Below, piece after piece: positions 21,933-32,264 of a stretch of DNA of 64,000 nt. Numbering within the stretch: the first letter of the stretch is position 1; each line of letters opens with the position of its first letter. The position numbers and the translations under genes are program-made. Below the pieces are notes generated by a model. The model was not told where the DNA came from. It saw only the letters and a list, made by a program, of their open reading frames with translations, and did no database searches. The DNA is taken from the sequence record NC_049340.1; one strand, 5' to 3'.

Positions 21933-22554
21933 AAAAATAAGAATTTTTGATGGAGTTGATGGAGTAGGTAAAACAACATCATTATTATGGTTAAAGAAAT
22001 ATTACGAAAACAAGGGCAATAATGTTGTAGTTTTACATGAAAAAAATAGAAAACAATTACTACCATATAAATACTTTATTCAAAATAGAACAACCATAAA
22101 GGACTATCACGAAAAGCAAATACTTTCACTAGACTCATATTCATATTTCATACAAATATTATTTGAGCAAGGTGTTGATGTTATTCTTATTGATAGAATG
22201 TTTTTAACACAGAAGTTCTATGCGGATATAAATAGACCAAAATCAATAGAGCGTGTTTTTGGTTCTAGTGAAACATTTATAAAGTATATCAATGTTTTTG
22301 AAAAGCAACTACTTAGAATAACAGATGATGTTGAATTATATTGTTTTGTTAAAGAGATAAATTCAAAATTTGTTGATGATACTGATGATGTGCGGTGGAC
22401 ACAACAAGCACAAAAACTAGAATGTATAAATAAATTATTTGCAACTGATTATAATAAAATCACCAAGCATATAAAGTCTGTTAAATTTACATGTACTGAT
22501 GTTGGTGGATATTATGATGCAAAAGAACAGCTTATTAATTATATAACCAATTAA
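21925..22554 (+). CDS. P-loop nucleotide (dTMP/dNMP-like) kinase
   Basis: FDGVDGVGKTT, ILIDR. Confidence 0.7.
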   Translation: MDKKIRIFDGVDGVGKTTSLLWLKKYYENKGNNVVVLHEKNRKQLLPYKYFIQNRTTIKDYHEKQILSLDSYSYFIQILFEQGVDVILIDRMFLTQKFYADINRPKSIERVFGSSETFIKYINVFEKQLLRITDDVELYCFVKEINSKFVDDTDDVRWTQQAQKLECINKLFATDYNKITKHIKSVKFTCTDVGGYYDAKEQLINYITN

Positions 22555-22558
22555 AATT

Positions 22559-23092
22559 ATGAAAGTAGCTATAGCAACACTTAAACGTCTATCGTTACAA
22601 AAGAAACGTTTATTAAAATACAAACTAAAGCAAACAAGGATAAAATTACCAAAACATTTTGATAAGAAAATGCATACACTTGTTTATGATGCAGTAAAGA
22701 ATGAAATTTACGAATCACAAATGCATGATTTACGTGACCCTAATTCGGTAATTTTCGTTAAGTATGAACAACTTGTTCAATGGTTATTACATGGTGCTGT
22801 TCCCAATCAAGTTAAAAATGCTATACAAAGATTTGTTAAGATTAATGAAGAATCGAATATTGATAATTCTGTAGCTGTTATTGAGGATGTACATACAGCA
22901 AATAATGAAGCAATTCAAGACCATGCAAAGAACAAACCAATGCTAAGAAATAAATTGAAGCGCATGAAACGTGATGAGTTAATATCAATAGCAAACAAAC
23001 GCTCAGTTGATTTAGAACATACTGGAAGATTAACCAAGCAAGTAATAATGGATAAAATTATCAATAAAATGGTTATTGATGAAGAGTTTTAA
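22559..23092 (+). CDS. Hypothetical protein with C-terminal Rho-N/HeH-like helical domain
   Basis: LKRMKRDELISIA...LTKQVIMDKI. Confidence 0.45.
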   Translation: MKVAIATLKRLSLQKKRLLKYKLKQTRIKLPKHFDKKMHTLVYDAVKNEIYESQMHDLRDPNSVIFVKYEQLVQWLLHGAVPNQVKNAIQRFVKINEESNIDNSVAVIEDVHTANNEAIQDHAKNKPMLRNKLKRMKRDELISIANKRSVDLEHTGRLTKQVIMDKIINKMVIDEEF

Positions 23093-23175
23093 ATAAACTA
23101 TATGTATATGCATATAAAATGACATAATTAAACAATTTTATATGTATATACATATAATAAATAAATCATATTAAT

Positions 23176-23613
23176 ATGAGAAAATTCATAATCAAAAACT
23201 ACTATCTAGATGCGTATTTTAGATGTGGTTCAATAAAAAAACAATTTCCACGTTGTGTTAAATTAATAGTTCCAACATTTTGTTTATTACCATTTTTGGA
23301 ATTACTTATTGGATATAACTCTACATTCTCAATAATTGCAATTGCATTATTAGCTGTTGTTTTTAGTCCTTTATTATATCTTAGTAGATTTCCAGTAAGA
23401 TGGTTTGAAATGGATACTTTACAGAAGTTCCAATCATATTATAAGTATGTTGAAAAAAATGGTACATCAGATACCATTGACCGTGAGTATAAGGAAGCAT
23501 TAAGTTGGGTTAATAAAAATCTAAAGAACGGAACGTATTATAATGCATTTTGGTTATTCTTTTATCCAATTTTACCTTTTGTTGTTGGATTTGTTTATGT
23601 TGCATTAAAATAA
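23176..23613 (+). CDS. Membrane protein
   Basis: Three hydrophobic segments. Confidence 0.65.
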   Translation: MRKFIIKNYYLDAYFRCGSIKKQFPRCVKLIVPTFCLLPFLELLIGYNSTFSIIAIALLAVVFSPLLYLSRFPVRWFEMDTLQKFQSYYKYVEKNGTSDTIDREYKEALSWVNKNLKNGTYYNAFWLFFYPILPFVVGFVYVALK

Positions 23614-23620
23614 TTTAGTT

Positions 23621-24070
23621 ATGTTAAAGGGTAAGTTCGCAAAAGATTTTAGTATTGATGAATTGCACTATGCGTTAGATGCAATGGCAAATGATATCAA
23701 ACGAAAAGGTTTAGGATATGATGTAGAACGATTGTTTGAAATGGCATTCAATGATTTTATGAAAGGTAAATTTTCATTTGATGGAGCAACATTCTTTCCT
23801 GAAAGAGCATATGATATATGGGAATGGCAATCATTTATACATGATTGGTATAACGGTATTGGTTATGTTAGTTATTTCGTTGATTCTGTATTTAAAAAAT
23901 TAATGAGAATGTCTAATATGCACCCAATGCAATATTATGGGCGTTCATGTGTTATGTTTTTATTTACATGGGTTAATATCATAAGACATAAGTACTTCTT
24001 AAAGGACTTAAAGAAATTTGATAAGGATTCACCAATCTATAAATTATCAAAAAAGATATTAAAGAAATGA
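23621..24070 (+). CDS. DUF1353-like protein
   Basis: FDGAT...HDW...VDSVFKKLM. Confidence 0.5.
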   Translation: MLKGKFAKDFSIDELHYALDAMANDIKRKGLGYDVERLFEMAFNDFMKGKFSFDGATFFPERAYDIWEWQSFIHDWYNGIGYVSYFVDSVFKKLMRMSNMHPMQYYGRSCVMFLFTWVNIIRHKYFLKDLKKFDKDSPIYKLSKKILKK

Positions 24071-24627
24071 TTACAGTACCAAAAATATTAAAATCACTAA
24101 CACTAAAGAGTGTTGGTGATTTTATCACATTACTCATATTTATTACACTAACATATATTGTGATATTGAAATTGAATACAATAAACGATTCAATAAAATA
24201 TAAAAACCACACTAGACTTGAAGTAATAGACATTAATCAATGTGAAACAATTGTACACGATTTGACAAACCGTTGGGGTGCTAATACCTCAGCACTTTAC
24301 GTCCTACAACCAAAAAACTATAAGAAAGTTTATAAGGAGTTGGTAATACCAAGCAAAAGACACATATTACCAACTAGAGTTTCATTATCCAATGAAATTG
24401 AATTTGAATTGGAATTATATGAACAAAAATATGTAATATTTAACACACAAGACAATTTCAATATATCAAATGATGATGTATGTGTAGTTATTCCAATATA
24501 TCATCACAGGGTTATAATTGCTGAACTATATGTATTTTTTGATACATATGATAAGGCATCAACTTTTGTTGAATGTGTTGGCAATAGAACAATCGAATCA
24601 CAGATAATAGGAAAATTAATACGCTAA
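24067..24627 (+). CDS. T4 T-like holin, copy 2
   Basis: TM FITLLIFITLTYIVIL; WGANTSALYVLQPKNY, compare T4 T EADFSAVYSFRPKN as recalled. Confidence 0.55.
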   Translation: MITVPKILKSLTLKSVGDFITLLIFITLTYIVILKLNTINDSIKYKNHTRLEVIDINQCETIVHDLTNRWGANTSALYVLQPKNYKKVYKELVIPSKRHILPTRVSLSNEIEFELELYEQKYVIFNTQDNFNISNDDVCVVIPIYHHRVIIAELYVFFDTYDKASTFVECVGNRTIESQIIGKLIR

Positions 24628-24628
24628 G

Positions 24629-24727
24629 ATGACTTCATTATATGAACAAATCCAAGAGGGATTTGAAACAACACAAGCCGAAAAGGATAGACAACAAAGA
24701 ATATATTATATTAATAAATATTATTAA
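24629..24727 (+). CDS. Small ORF (32 aa) after holin 2
   Basis: MTSLYEQIQEGF...INKYY, translated by hand. Confidence 0.35.
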   Translation: MTSLYEQIQEGFETTQAEKDRQQRIYYINKYY

Positions 24728-24757
24728 AAAATCGCACCCAATGGGTGCGATTTTTTA
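24726..24757. terminator. Intrinsic terminator
   Basis: aaaaaatcgcaccc-aat-gggtgcgatttttt. Confidence 0.85.
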
Positions 24758-24764
24758 ATAATAT

Positions 24765-24794
24765 TTTGTAGTTTAAAAATAAGTGTTATATTTG
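24765..24794 (+). promoter_or_regulatory. Bacteroidota sigma70-type early promoter
   Basis: TTTG-N18-TATATTTG. Confidence 0.65.
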
Positions 24795-25199
24795 TAGTGT
24801 AATAATTTAATAACTATAGAATATGAAAACTTTAAACAACTTAACACCAACAGAAAAAAAGTATATAAATTAGAAAAAGGTTATAAAGTTTGGTATTATC
24901 TATCTCCAATGGAGAGATATAATAAAGTAATGAAAAATTTTACACCATCTGAAAGAAAAGGAGTTAACGGCTTAAGGAAAATGGCTCAATATATAATTGA
25001 TAACAATATTACTAAATAATGGAATGTAAAAATAGGTAAATAACTATTTAATTATAAAGTAACAGGTTTATAATTCCAACCTAGTGAGCGTTCTTTTTAT
25101 TTGTAGTTAACGTGATTGTATAAGGTGTGTTGCGACCTTGATTAAGCAACAAATTAATAAATATAAACAAACCTTTAGACAGGTAATAAATTAACAAAT

Positions 25200-25508
25200 A
25201 TGCACAAGCAATACACTTTATACGGTGTTATATGTAGTGCGTTTTTAAAAGACAAAATTATGACAGAATGTAAAAACCACGGGCAAAATACTTATATACC
25301 TGAATTAACAAGTAAACCTTGTTGTTCTAATTGTTTTAGGGAAATTAAAGAAGAAGTGAAGGAAATTGTAAAAGACGTTACTTCTATAAAAGAAACTGAG
25401 CAAGAGTACCTTGTATTAAAAAACAATGAAATAGTAAAAAGCTTTAATAAATACGCTGATGATTTTGCATTTACAAATGCAAGGAACTTCATGAATACAA
25501 TAACTTAA
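25200..25508 (+). CDS. Hypothetical protein (C/H zinc-binding-like motif; start may be 25260)
   Basis: CKNHG...CCSNC. Confidence 0.55.
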   Translation: MHKQYTLYGVICSAFLKDKIMTECKNHGQNTYIPELTSKPCCSNCFREIKEEVKEIVKDVTSIKETEQEYLVLKNNEIVKSFNKYADDFAFTNARNFMNTIT

Positions 25509-25518
25509 AATTAAGAAA

Positions 25519-25779
25519 ATGAACATATTAAATTACACAGATGAACCTGTTATAATTGATAAAATAACAGAAAGTGCCAAAACGGTATACGAGAATTATA
25601 ATAAACACCTTTTAGAAAACATAAAATCCGATATTAAGTTATTACATGAGGATATAATTGAAGAAACTAAGTTTATGACCACACGTTTTCAAAGACCTGA
25701 ACAGGTTAATAAGAAACGAAACAAGAATCGTAGGAAGAATAAACATTCAAGAAAACAACGTAAAAGAAATCGGAAATAA
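25519..25779 (+). CDS. Hypothetical protein, basic C-terminus
   Basis: ORF track. Confidence 0.6.
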   Translation: MNILNYTDEPVIIDKITESAKTVYENYNKHLLENIKSDIKLLHEDIIEETKFMTTRFQRPEQVNKKRNKNRRKNKHSRKQRKRNRK

Positions 25780-25868
25780 GAAACGAATTTATAGAACCAA
25801 CAGAATCTAAAATCAAAGTACATGGTGCGAGTGTTGTTGAAAATGCACGAAATGGTGGTGTAACACAA

Positions 25869-26129
25869 ATGTTAATTGATGAGAAAAATAACATTTGGAA
25901 AACCGTAAACCCACAATGGGCAACAAATATAAAATATCGTGTTAGATATGTAGAACACCATCCATGTGATTCTGTATCTTTAGTTGAAAACCCCGAATCA
26001 AATAACTTGGTTGAATTAGCAATTCCTGTTAATAATAGAGAGTATGCAGAATCTATGCTAACTTATGATAATTTAATAAAGTTGCGTGATAGTATAATTT
26101 TAATTCTTAAATCAAATAATGTAGAGTAA
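25869..26129 (+). CDS. Hypothetical protein
   Basis: ORF track. Confidence 0.5.
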   Translation: MLIDEKNNIWKTVNPQWATNIKYRVRYVEHHPCDSVSLVENPESNNLVELAIPVNNREYAESMLTYDNLIKLRDSIILILKSNNVE

Positions 26130-26185
26130 TTAGTTGCACAATATTTAAATGTGTATTATATTTACCAAACAAAATTACAAAAGAC

Positions 26186-26716
26186 ATGAACAAACGACCA
26201 ATTATATCATATGACTGTGATGGAATCATTGCAAATTTTTACAAAGCAATTTGTGATAGATACAATAAACCAATGAAGAAAATTAACGACTTCTATGTAC
26301 CTTGGATTGGTAAGGTTTATGAAGAGGTTGCGAATGACCCTGAATTTTGGCGTGAAATGCCAACCATGATTCAACCAAACGAAATGCCATATATTGATTA
26401 TTACATTTCTACTATCAGAGAATCAAACAAACTACATAGAGAGTATTGGTTAAACAAAAATGGTTATCAGAATAGACCATTGTATGTTAGTGATGATAAA
26501 CACATCTTAATAAATGAACTTGGTGTTAATATTCATGTTGATGATAAATTAGAAACTATCATAAACATCACCAACGAGTGTCCTGATTGTACGCCAATTT
26601 TACACCAGCCATGGTACTTAAAATACAAGAATGTTCCTGAGGGAATTATTGTAACAAACTCAACAAAAGAGTTAAATTCTACTATTCAAGCTATCAGCAG
26701 AAACTATAGAAAATAA
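26186..26716 (+). CDS. HAD-family 5'(3')-deoxyribonucleotidase-like protein
   Basis: YDCDGIIANF motif I, HVDDK motif IV. Confidence 0.75.
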   Translation: MNKRPIISYDCDGIIANFYKAICDRYNKPMKKINDFYVPWIGKVYEEVANDPEFWREMPTMIQPNEMPYIDYYISTIRESNKLHREYWLNKNGYQNRPLYVSDDKHILINELGVNIHVDDKLETIINITNECPDCTPILHQPWYLKYKNVPEGIIVTNSTKELNSTIQAISRNYRK

Positions 26717-26726
26717 CTCAAAAAGT

Positions 26727-26758
26727 TTTGTATATTCTTTTTCAAAAATATACATTTG
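26727..26758 (+). promoter_or_regulatory. Bacteroidota sigma70-type early promoter
   Basis: TTTG-N20-TACATTTG. Confidence 0.7.
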
Positions 26759-26799
26759 CACCATAATTAAAAACAACGTAACGTATATAATTTAAACGT

Positions 26800-27720
26800 A
26801 TGAACAAACAAGAAGTAAAAGCAGAGTTAAGAAGTATTGTAGGTATACAATTAATCGTAGGAACATATTCACTAACAGTTGATAAAGTTGCAGATAAAAG
26901 AGTTACTATCACAGAGAATATTAATGGGTTTGAATTTACACATAGTAAATTAGATATTATTTCTGCTAAAGCATATATTGAGTACAAAAAACGATTAAAC
27001 CAAGAACTAACAAATAAAGCACTTGACGTAGAAAAGCACCACGCATCAGCAGAGTATAGAACACAATTAGATTCATTAGCTGAAATTAAACAAGAATTTT
27101 TATTTAATGTTATTGATTTAATTGAATCTAATGAGAATAATACACACAATATATTATTCAATACACCATCTGAAATTGATTTTGAGTGGTCATCAGGTGA
27201 GAGAATTACAATTAAGGTTCGTGATAATGAAGACCGACCATTCATTACATTAAGTAAGATAAAGAATACACCACTTACCAAAGAAGATACATTCCCATGT
27301 ATAACATTCGGTAGTTTATTAAAATTAAATAACACCGTTGGTGAAGAATTTACAAGTTCAGATACACAAGACTTCCATGAGGTGTGTTTAAGATACAAAG
27401 AAGCTAGTAAACAATTGGTAAAATATACTAGAGTTAATAACATTGAGACTATTCCATTCGGATACACTAATTCAGATATTATTGAATGGTTTTCTGATGC
27501 AAATGATTCTGACTTTTTCTCTATACCATTATCTACATTTGAAGATAGAATCCGATTTATTCGAGTTACTAGAGTTAATAGAGTTAAGACATTAATTGAA
27601 GTAGTTTCTACAACAAACGAAAGTGAGATTATAGAATACGAAACAGGTATTAATAAGTTCTCAGGAAACTTTACGGATAATATTGACTTCCTTAGAAAAT
27701 TAAAAAACACACTAGCATAG
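26800..27720 (+). CDS. Hypothetical early protein
   Basis: 306-aa ORF. Confidence 0.7.
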   Translation: MNKQEVKAELRSIVGIQLIVGTYSLTVDKVADKRVTITENINGFEFTHSKLDIISAKAYIEYKKRLNQELTNKALDVEKHHASAEYRTQLDSLAEIKQEFLFNVIDLIESNENNTHNILFNTPSEIDFEWSSGERITIKVRDNEDRPFITLSKIKNTPLTKEDTFPCITFGSLLKLNNTVGEEFTSSDTQDFHEVCLRYKEASKQLVKYTRVNNIETIPFGYTNSDIIEWFSDANDSDFFSIPLSTFEDRIRFIRVTRVNRVKTLIEVVSTTNESEIIEYETGINKFSGNFTDNIDFLRKLKNTLA

Positions 27721-27887
27721 TCAAAATTAGTAATAGTCATTGATTTAAGGCACTTAAATTTATATAAGGTATCAACACACCAAATTATTAAAAAAGTGCC
27801 TTAAATTCGATATGGAGTGTCAAATATAGATAGTTTTATACATAATATGTAAGGGTAATATTACCTTAATCTAAAAAATTTAATTCT

Positions 27888-28586
27888 ATGTATTTGGAAA
27901 AATGCTTAACATCGGAAGAGATACTTAATGTACTTAGTACACGTATAAAAGAAGTACCATTTCCTAGTAACCAATACTACAAAGAGGTTTTTGATAAAAA
28001 TCAAATTGTATTACATCATACTGTTAGTGATGGTTCTAGTGCCAAAGGTGATATTGCAACGTGGTTACAATCTACAGCAAGAGTATCAACATCAATTATT
28101 ATTACTGAGAATGGAATTATACATCAATGTTTTGATGCCAATTATTGGGGTCATGCATTAGGACTTAAACGTGCTTATTTAAAATCAAAAGGCTTTAAGG
28201 ACTATTTATATAGAAACAAAAAATTAAACAAAGGTGCTATTCAAATTGAGTTGGATAGTTTAGGCCCGGTAAAGAGTAATGGTCATAGTGTTGCTTATGG
28301 TGGTAGATTACGAACAAATGATATCATAACATACGATAATCCATATAGAGGTTATAAGCATTTCGAAAAATATTCTGATGATGCATTAGAAACGCTATAT
28401 TACTTACTACGAAATTTAACAGAGGTTTATGAAATTCCAACCAAATATAATGAGGATATGTGGGATGTATCACATCGTGCGCTAAATGGTGCTGATGGTA
28501 TATGGACACACACTTCATATAGAGTGGATAAATCGGATTGTCACCCTGACCCAAATTTAATTGAAGTATTAAAAACCCTTAACTAA
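27888..28586 (+). CDS. N-acetylmuramoyl-L-alanine amidase (Amidase_2), probable endolysin
   Basis: IVLHHT, WGHALG, WTHTSYRVDKSDCHP; late-type motif 27837-27844. Confidence 0.85.
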   Translation: MYLEKCLTSEEILNVLSTRIKEVPFPSNQYYKEVFDKNQIVLHHTVSDGSSAKGDIATWLQSTARVSTSIIITENGIIHQCFDANYWGHALGLKRAYLKSKGFKDYLYRNKKLNKGAIQIELDSLGPVKSNGHSVAYGGRLRTNDIITYDNPYRGYKHFEKYSDDALETLYYLLRNLTEVYEIPTKYNEDMWDVSHRALNGADGIWTHTSYRVDKSDCHPDPNLIEVLKTLN

Positions 28587-28615
28587 AATGTGCGGATTCG
28601 TCCGCACATTGTTTA
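28586..28615. repeat. 30-bp hairpin, copy 1 (copy 2 at 30329-30358)
   Basis: aaaatgtgcgga-ttcg-tccgcacattgttt versus ttca loop in copy 2. Confidence 0.85.
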
Positions 28616-28638
28616 ATTACATAAAAATAATTTATACA

Positions 28639-29658
28639 ATGCAGGTATTAGACTTAAATAAAAATAAACCGAAATATACAATACTAGCTAAAGTTAGTAA
28701 ATCATACCCAAAACCAAACACTTTTGTTACAGTTGATGAAGAGTTGGTTCAGGATTTTATTGATTCAGCTAATACAATTCTAACAGAAACTGAAGATTTC
28801 TTAAAGACTGATTTAACAACAAGTCATCCTAAATTCTTAACAACTAAAACAGTTTTTGCACCATGTATTGAAGAAACAAAAACTGAACGTAAGTTTCCTT
28901 TTATATTTAAGGTAAAAAATGTATCACCATCAGGTAAGGATATTAATATTGAATTATTCGACCCATTCAATAATACACCTAAGGGAATGACATTTTCATT
29001 TAAGGATAATCAAGTGACTACTGTTGATTTATTAATTGGTTATGATACATCAACATCAACAAAATCAGATAAATTAAATTATATCGGATATGTTAATGAA
29101 AATGGCAATGAAGTGTTTTTTGAAGTTATTGGAAAAATGCCTGAGTTAATGGCTAATAACATATCAAAACAATGTATAAAAGTATTTTCTAAAATATTTG
29201 ATTTGAATGGTGAGATTGGTGAAATGCAAAAGAATTATGAGGTATTTAAAGGAAGTGCTAAAATGGATAATATAATGTCACCTTATGATATTTCTAGATT
29301 ACCCATTGAACCATTCTTAGGTAATAACATCTCACAACAAAATATTAATACCAAACCTAAGATTAAGGTATATGATTTAAGAAATGTTAATGGTGATGAA
29401 AGGAATTTTGAAGAACCAAACCAAGAATCACAAAAAATACCATTTAATCCTGAAATGGTACTTAACCACCCATTACATGACTATACGGAAGATTTAATGT
29501 TGAGTATGGTTAATAAATTACGTGATTTTGGAATTACACTATCAATTAACGAATTGACAGATTTATTTGAAGTTGGATTTGGTAAAATGAATAGGTCACA
29601 ATTTATGGTTGTTCCTGACTATGATATTAATGAAGAAAATGAAGATATAAATAAATAA
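28639..29658 (+). CDS. Hypothetical protein
   Basis: Long ORF; ATG 28639 lies after the hairpin. Confidence 0.7.
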   Translation: MQVLDLNKNKPKYTILAKVSKSYPKPNTFVTVDEELVQDFIDSANTILTETEDFLKTDLTTSHPKFLTTKTVFAPCIEETKTERKFPFIFKVKNVSPSGKDINIELFDPFNNTPKGMTFSFKDNQVTTVDLLIGYDTSTSTKSDKLNYIGYVNENGNEVFFEVIGKMPELMANNISKQCIKVFSKIFDLNGEIGEMQKNYEVFKGSAKMDNIMSPYDISRLPIEPFLGNNISQQNINTKPKIKVYDLRNVNGDERNFEEPNQESQKIPFNPEMVLNHPLHDYTEDLMLSMVNKLRDFGITLSINELTDLFEVGFGKMNRSQFMVVPDYDINEENEDINK

Positions 29659-29667
29659 TTACACAAC

Positions 29668-30330
29668 ATGAGTAAAAACACATTATTAAACCAAGAGTGG
29701 AACACACCTGAACATTGTATGTTAGATATTGAAACATTAGGTGTGGGTAAGAATGCGGTATTAACATCAATAAGTGCAGTTCAATTTAATCCATATACTG
29801 GTGAAACCCTAGCAGAGTTCGATATTTTCTTAGATATTCAATCACAGATTGATTTAGGATTTGATTTAAACGCAGATACAATTTTATTTTGGATGAAACA
29901 ACCAAATAAACAACGAATGGAACTTGTAAATAAATGTAAAGATGGTGTTCATATTACACACGCAATTCAAACATTTAGTGCATGGGTTAAGCAGAATGGT
30001 ATTAAGTATTTATATGGTAAAGGGTCATCATTTGATAATGCATTATTACAAAACGCATATGATAGAACAAAATTAAAAACACCAACAAGTTTTAGAGATG
30101 ATAGGTGTGTTAGAACATTAATTGCATTAGCACCAAAGTCAAAATCATTAGATTTTACTGGTGATTTACATAAAGGTCTTGATGATTCTAAGCACCAAAT
30201 AAAACAAGTTAGTTATGTACTTCAACAATTATTTAAAGAAGAAAAAATAAACTACACAACCACAACAGATGGTAGTGGACATTCAGTAGAGATTATTACT
30301 GATAGTACTTCAACAACAATAGAAGATTAA
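29668..30330 (+). CDS. DEDDh 3'-5' exonuclease (Exo VIII/Rv2179c-like)
   Basis: MLDIETLG, GSSFDNALL, HKGLDD. Confidence 0.85.
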   Translation: MSKNTLLNQEWNTPEHCMLDIETLGVGKNAVLTSISAVQFNPYTGETLAEFDIFLDIQSQIDLGFDLNADTILFWMKQPNKQRMELVNKCKDGVHITHAIQTFSAWVKQNGIKYLYGKGSSFDNALLQNAYDRTKLKTPTSFRDDRCVRTLIALAPKSKSLDFTGDLHKGLDDSKHQIKQVSYVLQQLFKEEKINYTTTTDGSGHSVEIITDSTSTTIED

Positions 30331-30390
30331 AATGTGCGGATTCATCCGCACATTGTTTTATTACACAAAATTATAAAAACCGTTATTCAG

Positions 30391-31359
30391 ATGTCAACAA
30401 AGAGTTTAAGAGAAATTTCATGGGTACAGAAATACCGACCAACAGAATTAAAACATATAATATTACCACAAAGGTTAAGAAAGGAATTTAAAGATGGTGA
30501 AATTGGTTCACACCAATTATTTAGTGGAACTAGTGGATTAGGTAAAACAACATTAGCAAAGATATTAGCAAAAGGTAGAAGTACATTATTTATTGAAGCT
30601 GGTGTTAATACAGGTATTGGTGAAATTCGTGACCAAATTATACCATTTGCATCAACAACATCATTAGTAAATTCAGCAAAGAAAAAGGTTGTTATTATTG
30701 ATGAGGCTAGTGAGTTATCAAAACAAGCACAAAAGGCACTTAAATCTGTTATAGAAAAGTATGAAAAGAATGTTTTCTTTATACTAACAGCAAATCATCC
30801 TGAGAATTTAGACCCTAATATGATGTCTAGATTAACTCATGTTAAGTTTAACTTTACACAAGAGGAAAGTAGAGAACAATTAATGCAATATGTTAAGAGA
30901 GTTCGACACATTCTAAATGTTGAGGGTAACTGGACAATAGAACAAAAAGCACTTCAAGCAATATTCAAAAATTGTTATCCTGATTTAAGAAATATATTAA
31001 ATGTATTGTATGGTGTAACCAAATCAATTGAAAAAGGTACTGAAATAACATCAGAACATATTAAGGATTTAACGGTTTCAAAGGATGAAGAGTTATTTAA
31101 ATTCTTGGTATCAGAATTTGACCCACACAAAATATATAAATTTGTAAAGGAAAATTATAATGGTAAAGAATTACAAGCAATTCAAGCACTACATACACCA
31201 TTCTTAGAATACTTAAATAGAAATAAACTATCACATAAAGTACTTGGATGTGCTGTTGTTAGTCAAAAGTACGGATTCGAAGCACGTACAGGTTCAATTG
31301 ATTTAATGATAACACTACTTGCATTATGCTCAACGTTATCAAATCTATTTAAATCATAA
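30391..31359 (+). CDS. gp44: Clamp loader AAA+ subunit, gp44/RFC-like
   Basis: WVQKYRP, GTSGLGKTT, VIIDEA, FILTAN, YPDLR. Confidence 0.9.
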   Translation: MSTKSLREISWVQKYRPTELKHIILPQRLRKEFKDGEIGSHQLFSGTSGLGKTTLAKILAKGRSTLFIEAGVNTGIGEIRDQIIPFASTTSLVNSAKKKVVIIDEASELSKQAQKALKSVIEKYEKNVFFILTANHPENLDPNMMSRLTHVKFNFTQEESREQLMQYVKRVRHILNVEGNWTIEQKALQAIFKNCYPDLRNILNVLYGVTKSIEKGTEITSEHIKDLTVSKDEELFKFLVSEFDPHKIYKFVKENYNGKELQAIQALHTPFLEYLNRNKLSHKVLGCAVVSQKYGFEARTGSIDLMITLLALCSTLSNLFKS

Positions 31360-31373
31360 AAAATTGGAACCCT

Positions 31374-31403
31374 TTTGGGTTTCCAATTTTTTGTTTATAT
31401 TTG
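31374..31403 (+). promoter_or_regulatory. Bacteroidota sigma70-type early promoter overlapping a terminator hairpin
   Basis: TTTG-N18-TATATTTG. Confidence 0.6.
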
Positions 31404-31743
31404 CCATATAATTAATGACAATGGAAAATAAAATAAAATAGAAACAATACCAGCAATTGACCTTTATGACTTCAAAATATTTATAAAGGTTTATGTTAAA
31501 TTTGCCGATAAGAGAACAGAACATCAACTAGAACGAATGGTAGATGAATTATCTGATGAGTATATGAATGGTAATTCAAATGTTATTTTTGAAAGAGAAG
31601 ATTTTGATTAAGACACACACTTCGATGTAAGTTCAAAATTCAGGAATTTATTCAATTGACCCTAATGGTGTTAATTTAGTTGAAGAGTTTCTAAATCACA
31701 ATGATATTAAAGAAGATAAGGTATTAATATATAATTTATAAAG

Positions 31744-32264
31744 ATGAAAGTAAAATCAAAGTACTATATAAGTTTAGAACAGTTCGAAGAAGTTTTTACT
31801 AACCTTAAAAAACTTAAAGAAACTAAATATAAAGAAAATGATGGTATCATTATAAAGTTTGACCAAAATTCAAATTCTTTATTACAATATACACCAACAG
31901 GTTTACATGTTTGGTTTCACTACGGTAGACACACATACCATGTTGAGGTATATGATTTTTCTGAATCTTTATTCAATAAAAATAACATTAAAAAATTATA
32001 TAATAAGTATAGTAAAATGTTATTGGGGTTAAATAAAGCACACTATGAGAATACGCCATTGAAGATTGACTTTACTGACACAAGTGTTAACTTAGGTGTT
32101 ACTTGTGTTGCTTTTTAGGATATAAAGAAAAGTGGTATGTTCCTTTACAGAGAGCAAAGTTTGTACAACAAATGTTTGATGATAACCTATCAAAGAAACA
32201 GATAAGTAAGTATATTAAACTAATTGAATCAATAATTCAAGAAACAAAAGATATCATTATATGA
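31744..32264 (+). CDS. Hypothetical protein; frameshift at T-run ~32112 extends the ORF
   Basis: Second frame LGYKEKWYVPLQRAK...II stops at 32262-32264. Confidence 0.55.

Noticed and set aside
24822-25018. Small early ORF fragments after the 24787 promoter (similar fragments at 31415-31660)
   Set aside because: Probably frameshifted small genes; coordinates and products cannot be supported.
25020-25199. Possible structured RNA in this intergenic tract
   Set aside because: Only short AT-rich hairpins, within chance expectation at this base composition.
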